Under the pieces are notes generated by a model. It saw nothing but the letters and a program-made list of their open reading frames with translations. It had not been told where the DNA came from and made no database searches. The position numbers and the translations under genes are program-made. From Promethearchaeota archaeon (GTDB taxonomy: Archaea; Asgardarchaeota; Lokiarchaeia; Sigyniarchaeales; SOKP01): 64,000 bases of DNA. This document shows, piece by piece, positions 17,255 to 25,056 of the stretch (position 1 is its first letter; every line of letters begins with the position of its first letter). The stretch is taken from contig RDOA01000007.1 of NCBI GenBank assembly GCA_011364925.1, positions 6,936 to 70,935 on the forward strand, in the 5' to 3' direction.

Positions 17255-18667
17255 ATGACAAAACAAAATAACGGAATCATCAAATCAATCGTATTGAGCG
17301 TGTTTGATGACGATGGTCCAACCCCTAAAATCTATTGGCCAGAGACAATGGACGAGTCTTCAAGATTATTGATTGCAATGAAGACTATCTCTCTTTTGAT
17401 GGGAGATACTGTCTATCAAAATGGAGAATCTACCGAGGATGTTAATTACTTTGGAATCCTACCTTTTCCCGATTTAAAGTTAAATGGATTGACTTACTTT
17501 TTTTTAATCCTAGATCCAACAGCTAGAGGTAACGCTAAAGCAGCGACCGTAACTATCTTAATTGATGAAGACGATAAAATTTTTTTTTATGAAAATATGA
17601 AATACCTCCGGGTTATAATAGATAGCGCGGCATCAAAAATTCAAACGAATAAGAATCTTGATGAACTACGTACTATCATGAATGAACTAAAGGAAGAGCT
17701 TTTTGATTTTACAAGCGAGATGAAAGATCCTTTTTCTTTTAAGCGACAAATTAAAATTTTAATGACTGGACTGGATCGTGCTGGGAAAACGAGTTTTCTT
17801 CACGCAGTTAAGAAACGATATTCTGAAATTATAAAAACATTACCTACAAAAGGGATTGCGAGAAGCGAAGAAAAAATTTTCGAAGAACAAAATTCTACGA
17901 TTTCAGTGTGGGATCTTGGCGGTCAAAAGGCCTATCGAGAAAAGTTCCTTGAGCAAAGAAAGGTCTATTTATACAACATAGATTTGCTCTTTTACTTCAT
18001 AGATGTTCAAGATTCCTCAAGAATTGAGGAGTCAATGGAATTATTTGTTAAAGTTATTGACTCACTGGTAGAATTAGAGGAGTTTCCTCCAATCGTTGTT
18101 TGTTTAAACAAATGCGATCCAGATATACAAGAAAAAGAGGATATCAAGAACAATATTACAGGTTTAATTGAAAGAATTAATAAATTCTCAGAAAGATTCT
18201 TTGTAAAAATTTTTGAAACATCTATTTTCGATGGATTTTCGTTAATCTCTGCTTATTCATATGGATTATCACAATTATCTCCTAACAGAGAGCTATTCGA
18301 AAATCAATTAAAGCATTTCGCGAAAAAAATCACCTCAGATGCGATCCTTTTGTTAAATGAAAAGGGAATTATCCTTTCAAACTTCTCAAATATCGATATC
18401 TCTGAGAAGCTTTTCGAAATATCTGCACCTCATTTTCAAACTTTATACAAAACATTTAAGGAATTTAAGTTACTCAAGCAAGATTTTCTAATTTCCTCAG
18501 GAATTACCGATGAATCAAAAAAGATTATCTTTAAGAGGATTACGGTTGATAAACACAACTTATACTTGTTACTTTTTATGGAGAGAGATTTGAATCTAGA
18601 TAAAATAGAAAGGCATTTACCCAAACTCTCTAAAAACCTTAATGAATTAATTCAAACATACATTTAA
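17255..18667 (+). CDS. Three-domain protein: longin-like N-domain, Arf-like small GTPase, Roadblock-like C-domain (paralog of 10160..11671)
   Basis: Longin-like part: IVLSVFDDDGPTPKIYWP...IAMKTISLLMGD...YFGILPFPDLKLNGLTYFFLI. G1 is ILMTGLDRAGKTS, G2 is LPTKG, G3 is VWDLGGQ, G4 is CLNKCDP. The tail is AILLLNEKGIILSNFS...IIFKRITVDKHNLYLLLFM. Confidence 0.8.
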   Translation: MTKQNNGIIKSIVLSVFDDDGPTPKIYWPETMDESSRLLIAMKTISLLMGDTVYQNGESTEDVNYFGILPFPDLKLNGLTYFFLILDPTARGNAKAATVTILIDEDDKIFFYENMKYLRVIIDSAASKIQTNKNLDELRTIMNELKEELFDFTSEMKDPFSFKRQIKILMTGLDRAGKTSFLHAVKKRYSEIIKTLPTKGIARSEEKIFEEQNSTISVWDLGGQKAYREKFLEQRKVYLYNIDLLFYFIDVQDSSRIEESMELFVKVIDSLVELEEFPPIVVCLNKCDPDIQEKEDIKNNITGLIERINKFSERFFVKIFETSIFDGFSLISAYSYGLSQLSPNRELFENQLKHFAKKITSDAILLLNEKGIILSNFSNIDISEKLFEISAPHFQTLYKTFKEFKLLKQDFLISSGITDESKKIIFKRITVDKHNLYLLLFMERDLNLDKIERHLPKLSKNLNELIQTYI

Positions 18668-18723
18668 CTGAAATAAATTAAAAATAAAAATTAAAATAAC
18701 TTTTTTAGAAGAACGTTATATTT

Positions 18724-19941
18724 TTAGAAACTTTCGTAAGCCTTTCTTTTCTTTTTATTAGATCTAACTACTAATACAATTCCTATTATTACCGCTCCAA
18801 CAATCGCTGCGATTATAGCTATAACAACAATCTGAATAAAGTTTGAACTAGACTCTAAAACGGTTATTTTCATGTTGTAAGAGAAAGTATATGCGCTGTG
18901 ATCAGAGGCTACTGGAGATGGTATGTGAGGAAATTCCGAAATATAATCGTATCCTGGTGATGCTCCTGGGACAAAAAACCACGCGCCTACGTTCAAATTG
19001 AACCGAAAGCAGTCGATCTTTTTGTAAGAACTTGCGATTTGTGGTTCACAGGCAACCCAACCGATCTCAGGAATGTAATATTCGACCCAAGCGTGACCTA
19101 AAATATTAGTATCTCCATTATCCGTAGCGTAAAAATTGAACACCCTCCCAACTTCAGGTACAACATTATCATCGCTTTTTAATAAAAAGCCTGTTACTTT
19201 TCTCGCGGGTATCCCTTGAATGCGTAAAAGCGTAATCATTAAGGAGGAGTATTCGCTACAATCTCCTCGTTTATTTTGGAATGCCCATAAAGCTCCCATT
19301 TCTTGAGCTGGAAGATTACCGTCATAAGTTAAATAACTTGACACGTTTTCACAAATCTTCCTTGCTTTTTCGAGAGGATTGTCGCTTGGACTTACAATTC
19401 GATTTGAAGCAGCAATTAACTCTGGATCGTCTCTTTCATAGTAGGTTTCTGAATGATTACAATACAGATCGAACATTTCATCAGCTGTGTTGTACACCCC
19501 TATATCCGAACTTTGGATTGCACCAAACTCAACCCCGTTTAGCTTGATAAGGTATTTCTGATTTAAAGTAATCGTATCAGATGTGCTTAGTGTTGCGTTA
19601 AATAAATCATAGGTATTGTTAAATTTGTCATGATAGCCCATAATAAGGGAATTATATCCCGTAATTGAATTGTATAAAAGGCTAGCTTCTTGATAGGGAG
19701 GACAGTATTGAGTAAGTGTTGAATTCGGTTGACGATCGTTTAATCGAGCTACTTTGAAATAATACTGTTGGGGAGTAAGCCTTGTATGCGTAAATGTATA
19801 GTTCATTTCAACTTGATAAGTGACACTTTGATTTATGTGATAATGAGATACCCCCTCGAAGGTGTTCAGATCTATTCGAGCAGTCACGCTAGTAGGTATT
19901 AAAAAAATGAGCAAGAAAAATGCGACTTTATACGTTTTCAT
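18724..19941 (-). CDS. Secreted/anchored transglutaminase-like (Cys-His core) protein with signal peptide and C-terminal TM plus basic tail
   Basis: Motifs: RGDCSEYSSLMITLLRIQGIPARKVTGF...LGHAWVEYYIPEIGWVACEPQ. N-terminus: MKTYKVAFFLLIFLIPTSVTA. C-terminus: IVVIAIIAAIVGAVIIGIVLVVRSNKKKRK. Confidence 0.8.
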   Translation of the reverse strand: MKTYKVAFFLLIFLIPTSVTARIDLNTFEGVSHYHINQSVTYQVEMNYTFTHTRLTPQQYYFKVARLNDRQPNSTLTQYCPPYQEASLLYNSITGYNSLIMGYHDKFNNTYDLFNATLSTSDTITLNQKYLIKLNGVEFGAIQSSDIGVYNTADEMFDLYCNHSETYYERDDPELIAASNRIVSPSDNPLEKARKICENVSSYLTYDGNLPAQEMGALWAFQNKRGDCSEYSSLMITLLRIQGIPARKVTGFLLKSDDNVVPEVGRVFNFYATDNGDTNILGHAWVEYYIPEIGWVACEPQIASSYKKIDCFRFNLNVGAWFFVPGASPGYDYISEFPHIPSPVASDHSAYTFSYNMKITVLESSSNFIQIVVIAIIAAIVGAVIIGIVLVVRSNKKKRKAYESF

Positions 19942-20161
19942 AGAAATCTTTTTTTAAATTTTTTTACATAGAGTATAATAATCTCTCTTTTTATTTGTTC
20001 TGATAATTTTAGAAAAAAAGAACATTATTAAGACAGAATTTTTATTATGTAAGTAATTAAAATTTGCAGCAGTACAACGGGTAAGGACTATTATCTACAA
20101 GATATTTCTCATTGATAGTGAAAATGGCATCTCTCTTTTAGAAGCCACATTTAAAGAATTA

Positions 20162-20731
20162 GTGGGAGACATTAAAGTTAAAGGGGTGATTCCTGGATTT
20201 TTTAAAGAGATCAACGAAATCATAGATAAAATACAAGAGGCTATGGTAAAAGGTGGCTATAAAGAAGATTTAACCCGAATTGTAGAATCTGAAAATTCGA
20301 CTATCGTTATTATCCACCATCCACCTTCAAGAATATTATTTTGCTCAATTTCTGATCCCGATGACGATGTAGATAAAACTATCGAAGTAATCCGTAAAAT
20401 TTCAAGCCGTTTCTGGAAAAAGCATGAAGCGGAAGTTAAATTATTTAGAAGTACTTCGCAAAAGTCTCGTTTTCAGACGATAATTACTGATATAGAAAAT
20501 TTATGCCAAGGCGGTAAGATAGCTGAAATATTCCCAAAATTGTTAGTAGTAAAGAGTGTTTTAGAGAAAATCAAAAGCATGGGAATGATTAACGAAGATG
20601 ATTTCCAAGTCGCCTTAAAATGCTCTGGTGAAGCGTCCCCGTTAAAAATCGCAAGAATATTATCTAAATCTCGCAATGATGTAAATAATGTACTTAAAAA
20701 GTTAGAGGAATTAGATATAGTATCTTTTTAA
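20162..20731 (+). CDS. Soluble longin-like + C-terminal winged-helix protein; the coding sequence very likely starts upstream (open frame from 20057)
   Basis: The track ORF starts at GTG 20162. The in-frame upstream sequence reads ...IIYKIFLIDSENGISLLEATFKEL, which gives typical longin beta1-beta2 strands. These are followed by FFKEINEIIDKI, STIVIIHHPPSRILFCSIS and a wHTH (SPLKIARILSKSRNDVNNVLKKLEELDIV). Confidence 0.6.
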   Translation: MGDIKVKGVIPGFFKEINEIIDKIQEAMVKGGYKEDLTRIVESENSTIVIIHHPPSRILFCSISDPDDDVDKTIEVIRKISSRFWKKHEAEVKLFRSTSQKSRFQTIITDIENLCQGGKIAEIFPKLLVVKSVLEKIKSMGMINEDDFQVALKCSGEASPLKIARILSKSRNDVNNVLKKLEELDIVSF

Positions 20732-20827
20732 TTACTTTTAGGTTTCTCCTTTTAGGCTTTTGTAATAGAAAAAAATAAAAGCTTTCTTTATTTACCTCAT
20801 TTACCTTACAATCAATTTGGTGATGCT

Positions 20828-21439
20828 TTGATTATGGAAAATAATAAAAATATCGAATCAATAGTAATATCTCCGGCAAGAGATGCTCATTTACGAAAAG
20901 GAAAGGGATTTTCGTTATTAGAGATAAAAGAAGCCGGTAAAACTGTAGAACTGCTAAGAAATCTGAATATGAATATCGATTATCTTAGAAAGTCTAAACA
21001 TGAAGCAAACATTGAAACCCTTAAAAAACTAAAACCAGAAATAAAGAAAATTAAAAAGAAAAAACCATATGAATTCAAAGAAAAGAAAAGAACTCCTTTC
21101 ATTCCTGAAGAAGAAAAAGTAAAAAAGAAAACTGTTAAAGCTAAGAAAGTCACTCCCGTAGCCAAAGCTGTTAAAAAAGCACCACCTATAAAGAAAGAAA
21201 AAGTCAAAAAAGAACTAAAACCAGAGAAAGAAACTATACCTTCGGCTGAAAAGACAAAATTAACTATGCTATCCGGCTTAGGGCCTACAACCGCTAAGAA
21301 ATTTGAAGAACTTGGCGTAAATAGCGTAGAAGATCTTGTCAATGAAGACCCGGCAGAACTTGCAACATTAATTAAAGGAGTATCTGAAGAACGAATAACA
21401 AACTGGATCCAAGAGTGCAAAGAAATACTGAATAAATAG
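20828..21439 (+). CDS. Ribosomal protein eL13-like N-domain fused to a Lys-rich linker and a C-terminal helix-hairpin-helix module
   Basis: RKGKGFSLLEIKEAGKTVELLRNLNMNIDYLRKSKHEANIETLKKL matches the eL13 core pattern (GRGFSL.ELK.AG...D.RR...N...L). C-terminus: LSGLGPTTAKKFEELGVNSVEDLVNEDPAELA (HhH). Confidence 0.5.
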   Translation: MIMENNKNIESIVISPARDAHLRKGKGFSLLEIKEAGKTVELLRNLNMNIDYLRKSKHEANIETLKKLKPEIKKIKKKKPYEFKEKKRTPFIPEEEKVKKKTVKAKKVTPVAKAVKKAPPIKKEKVKKELKPEKETIPSAEKTKLTMLSGLGPTTAKKFEELGVNSVEDLVNEDPAELATLIKGVSEERITNWIQECKEILNK

Positions 21440-21484
21440 CATCTAAACTTTCATTGAAAAAATTCATTAAGTCGTGAGTTAGCA

Positions 21485-21976
21485 ATGGAATACAATTACT
21501 ACAGTTATGAGAAACCAGAAGCTAAAATAGAGATTCAAAAGTTACCCAAATGGTTCAAAGAGGTCAAATTTGAGGGCGATCAAAACGAAGGAAATATAAC
21601 ATTTAATTCTCATAACGATTACGACGAGATTTATGGCTCTAACGCCAAAATGGAGATTTCTTGGGAGAAAAAATTCAAAAATAGTCTGTATTTTGGAAAA
21701 GAGGTTCAACACTCAATCGAAGTGTATAATGCTATTGATTTTGCTATAACTCAACGAGAGAATACTTGGCTTCTTTCGCACGAATTCGTATCTTGGTTTG
21801 GTCAAAGAACTAAGATGATGAGGAAGCGCTTTTATCGAGAGAAATGCATGCATGGTATTTTCTATTGTGATATAACTGAGCGATTATTTAACATTCATGT
21901 AAATGTGATTGATAAATTTTACGAGAACTTTAAACCTTTTATTGAAAAATCGTTTGCAACGTTCATCTGCCATTAA
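21485..21976 (+). CDS. Hypothetical protein
   Basis: 163-aa ORF with no recognised motif. Confidence 0.5.
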   Translation: MEYNYYSYEKPEAKIEIQKLPKWFKEVKFEGDQNEGNITFNSHNDYDEIYGSNAKMEISWEKKFKNSLYFGKEVQHSIEVYNAIDFAITQRENTWLLSHEFVSWFGQRTKMMRKRFYREKCMHGIFYCDITERLFNIHVNVIDKFYENFKPFIEKSFATFICH

Positions 21977-21987
21977 TATACATCGTT

Positions 21988-22740
21988 CTATTGTCTGTTC
22001 TTATTTACTTTTTGAGTTAAAATGAAGAAGTTATCTTTTTTATTAGGGCCTCCTTTCTTTGAGATAATCATCAATTTATATGTTTTCAATAAGGTTTTAA
22101 TTTCTTTTTGAGAAAAGAAGTGATAAAATCGATTGTAGGTTGCTTTTCTACTTGATAAAGTCCAAGGAATATATTTATCACCATAGTTAGACAAACCTAA
22201 GCGCTCTTGTGTTCTGCTATATCGAGGTATAAAGAGTCTTTTAATTTTATCCGCAATAAAATAATATCGATATTTTTTTTGGTAACGTCTCCATACGGTA
22301 AGCAGTAAAAATCCGTTCTTTTTCAAAATACTGTAAAGTTGGGAGAGTACATTCCTTCGGTCAATTTCATTGTTCAAATGATGGAAAGTAGCAATCGAAA
22401 AAGCATTAGTAATAGAAAAGGGTCTTAGGGGTAAGGCATTTATATCACTTAATATCAGGTCAATAAATTTTGTGTTTACTTTTAGACCTTGATTTTGGTT
22501 TTTCAATCTTTCACGCGCAAGGTTTAACAACGCTTTTGATTTATCGATTCCAATTAACCTACTATCAGAATGTAGAAATAAATTAAAGTTTCTACCATTT
22601 GCGCATCCTAAATCTAAATTAAATCCATGGAATCTGAAATTTCTCCTTTTTAGATCATCAAGAAACTCTTCAAGATCTCTCCAATGATACTTTCGCTTAC
22701 GATGATAATCTACCGCGAAAAAATCGTAGGAATTTTTCAT
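21988..22740 (-). CDS. Class I SAM-dependent methyltransferase (Methyltransf_11; Trm9/ALKBH8-like features)
   Basis: Motif I is NLDLGCANGRN. It is followed by SIATFHHL and, late in the protein, RFYHFFSQKEI, which resembles Trm9 RYYHxF..GEL. Confidence 0.6.
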   Translation of the reverse strand: MKNSYDFFAVDYHRKRKYHWRDLEEFLDDLKRRNFRFHGFNLDLGCANGRNFNLFLHSDSRLIGIDKSKALLNLARERLKNQNQGLKVNTKFIDLILSDINALPLRPFSITNAFSIATFHHLNNEIDRRNVLSQLYSILKKNGFLLLTVWRRYQKKYRYYFIADKIKRLFIPRYSRTQERLGLSNYGDKYIPWTLSSRKATYNRFYHFFSQKEIKTLLKTYKLMIISKKGGPNKKDNFFILTQKVNKNRQ

Positions 22741-22809
22741 TACTTGATTTATGACTGATTTTTTAATTATAAAATTTTATTAATAATAATATCACTGAAC
22801 AAGAATAAT

Positions 22810-24384
22810 ATGGACGACTTAAAAACTCTTATTTTACAACTGGTTGAAGTCTTAGAAGAAGACATAAAAAGATTCTATGAAATTTTTGAATCCTACTTGA
22901 CAGATTTAATTCTATCAAAAAATATTCAACTATCCTTCGTCATTGATCCAAACGCGCAAAAGGAAACAATGGATATTATATTATCTATTATCACAGTTTG
23001 TAATTCGGCATTGAACACAATAGGCGTTTCTAAAGAAAAATTAACTCCAAATCGTGAGCTTTATCAAGTCGTGTACGAGCAAAAAGAAGGTGCTTTTAAC
23101 ACCTATCAATCTTTTCTCCAGTTAGGATTAAAAGACTATATTAATAAACACCTTTTTATTGTGATTTTAGATTACATAATTGAGAAGAATAGCAAGGTTA
23201 TCGAAAATTTAGATCTCTTTGATTTATTACCTCATGACCTTCGCAATAATTTAGCTAAATTTCGAAACGAGAGAGATATCTCACTGAAAATCAAAGAAGA
23301 AAAAATTATTTTTGCCAAAGATTTATTAAAATACTTTGATCCATCTAATTTTACATTTAAATCGGAAGATTTCGGTTTAGAAATTAATCAGAATCCGATA
23401 TCTGAAGAAGATATTTTAAAACAACTACATGAAGCTCGCCAAGAAAATATAGAAGTTATTAGCAAAACTTCCAATCAATCGCCTGATGTAAATCAAAGAA
23501 AAATACCCTCATTTTTGAATTACTTCATGAAATTTCCCCTCTTAGATCCATCTATTATAGATAAAATAAAAATTAACATTAAGGGATTAAAAAAATTTGT
23601 CAAGAGTTCTCCGGATTTTTTAGATTTAGAGAATTTGTTTTATGTAGTAAGCATTTTTAAAATGATGGGCGAAGATTCACAACTAGAATTAGGGCACATT
23701 AAAAATGTCGCAAGTGAATTCATTAGTGGAAATATTTTCAGCACAGGGAGGTATCACAAACCAAATCCAATAACAATATATCACGGTCTTTCAGTCTTCT
23801 CGGAGTTAGGTTTATTAAATTCCTCAGATCTTATTGATTTATTGGATGTAGAAATGTTCCTTGAAAACGAACTCAATCCGCTCTTCCCCGAAAAATTGAT
23901 TCTCAATTTCTTCACAATTTTAAGCTTGAGGATGATAAAAAAGAGTGGCGGAATTATAACAGATAAAAAACATCTTATTGAGCCTTTAGTAAATCTCAAT
24001 TTATTCAATTTAGAAAATTTTAAACCATCTACAGACATGTTTTTTTATCTAGCTTCACTTAAACTTTTAGACGAAAGATTCAATTTCAATAATTTACAGG
24101 AACATTATTTAAATGAATTACGAAGACAGATGCTTCCAAATGGATCCGTGAATGATAATACGACAGATACATCACGAACCTTATTAACATTAGCTCTTCT
24201 TGATTCGACAGGTAAAGAAACAGAAATAATTCCCGGTTTGTTAAAATATTTAAACCGAAATATAGAATTTTTTTCGGAAAACCACGATTTCGATAATTTT
24301 AATTGGACTCAGAACAAAATCGCATTTAAAATCGAATTACGCATGTTGTTTTGGATGTTAATAGCACTCTCGCAATATTTTTAA
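22810..24384 (+). CDS. Hypothetical protein; the C-terminal half may form alpha/alpha-toroid (prenyltransferase/terpene-cyclase-like) repeats
   Basis: 524-aa ORF. Repeat-like segments are FYVVSIFKMMGED, GRYHKPNPITIYHGLSVFSELGLLNSSD, FFYLASLKLLDE and LPNGSVNDNTTDTSRTLLTLALLDSTG. Weak, pattern only. Confidence 0.25.
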   Translation: MDDLKTLILQLVEVLEEDIKRFYEIFESYLTDLILSKNIQLSFVIDPNAQKETMDIILSIITVCNSALNTIGVSKEKLTPNRELYQVVYEQKEGAFNTYQSFLQLGLKDYINKHLFIVILDYIIEKNSKVIENLDLFDLLPHDLRNNLAKFRNERDISLKIKEEKIIFAKDLLKYFDPSNFTFKSEDFGLEINQNPISEEDILKQLHEARQENIEVISKTSNQSPDVNQRKIPSFLNYFMKFPLLDPSIIDKIKINIKGLKKFVKSSPDFLDLENLFYVVSIFKMMGEDSQLELGHIKNVASEFISGNIFSTGRYHKPNPITIYHGLSVFSELGLLNSSDLIDLLDVEMFLENELNPLFPEKLILNFFTILSLRMIKKSGGIITDKKHLIEPLVNLNLFNLENFKPSTDMFFYLASLKLLDERFNFNNLQEHYLNELRRQMLPNGSVNDNTTDTSRTLLTLALLDSTGKETEIIPGLLKYLNRNIEFFSENHDFDNFNWTQNKIAFKIELRMLFWMLIALSQYF

Positions 24385-24402
24385 AGCATCCTTACGAACA
24401 TT

Positions 24403-25017
24403 TCATTTTAAATTAAAAATAGTTAAGATAAAATTTTTAACGAAAGGTTTAATTACTCCTTTTTTGACACTCTCGTTCCATTTATTTATCAAAATTGTGT
24501 TATTACTTAAATCATTAATCACAGCTTGACCTAACTTAATCCATTCATTCAGTTTAATTGAGGGTGAATCATTCCCAATTCCTTGACAATATTCAAGTCC
24601 TTTTTTAGTAAAGAATACCTTCAGACTTTGTTTATTTGAATCTTTTTTGTTTACAAATATCTTGAAAGAAAAGGGAAATGTTCTACAGAAATTAGGTCTC
24701 ACATTATAAACGGAACATCGTTTCCTTTTATTGTCATAAAAGTAACATAAACCGTCAGATTTCTTCTTTAATCCAACAAACGCCAACCCTCTTTCTGTTT
24801 CTATTGGTGGGATAACCAGTTTCTCTTTTTCTTTAGCTGTGGGCTTCTTGTCAAAAGTATAAAACCCTAAAACTTCAATTACTTCATCTTCTGTTAAGTT
24901 TAGCCCATCCTTGATCCGAAGAATATCTGTATAAGTAGTATTTACTAGTGTATTTGGGTCGGTACAACACTTACCACAGTGTATACATTCAAACCTCAAA
25001 TCATTTGTGTTACTCAT
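24403..25017 (-). CDS. YkgJ-family (CxxCxxCC) zinc/iron-chelating domain protein
   Basis: Motifs: FECIHCGKCC...GLCYFYDNKRKRCSVYNVRPNFCRTFPF...EYCQGIG. Paralogous in type to 4824..5567. Confidence 0.7.
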   Translation of the reverse strand: MSNTNDLRFECIHCGKCCTDPNTLVNTTYTDILRIKDGLNLTEDEVIEVLGFYTFDKKPTAKEKEKLVIPPIETERGLAFVGLKKKSDGLCYFYDNKRKRCSVYNVRPNFCRTFPFSFKIFVNKKDSNKQSLKVFFTKKGLEYCQGIGNDSPSIKLNEWIKLGQAVINDLSNNTILINKWNESVKKGVIKPFVKNFILTIFNLK

Positions 25018-25056
25018 AATTAGATTAAGAAAAAATAGGAAAAAAAAACATATATT

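Noticed and set aside
21040-21240. Apparent A-rich tandem repetition (aaaaagaaa units)
   Set aside because: It is a coding low-complexity region (K/E/P linker) rather than a DNA-level tandem repeat. No fixed period could be followed by eye.
20980-21420. 146-aa minus-strand ORF
   Set aside because: It is antisense to the Lys-rich linker of the eL13-like gene. AAA/AAG runs read as TTT/CTT produce a stop-free F/S/L-rich shadow ORF.
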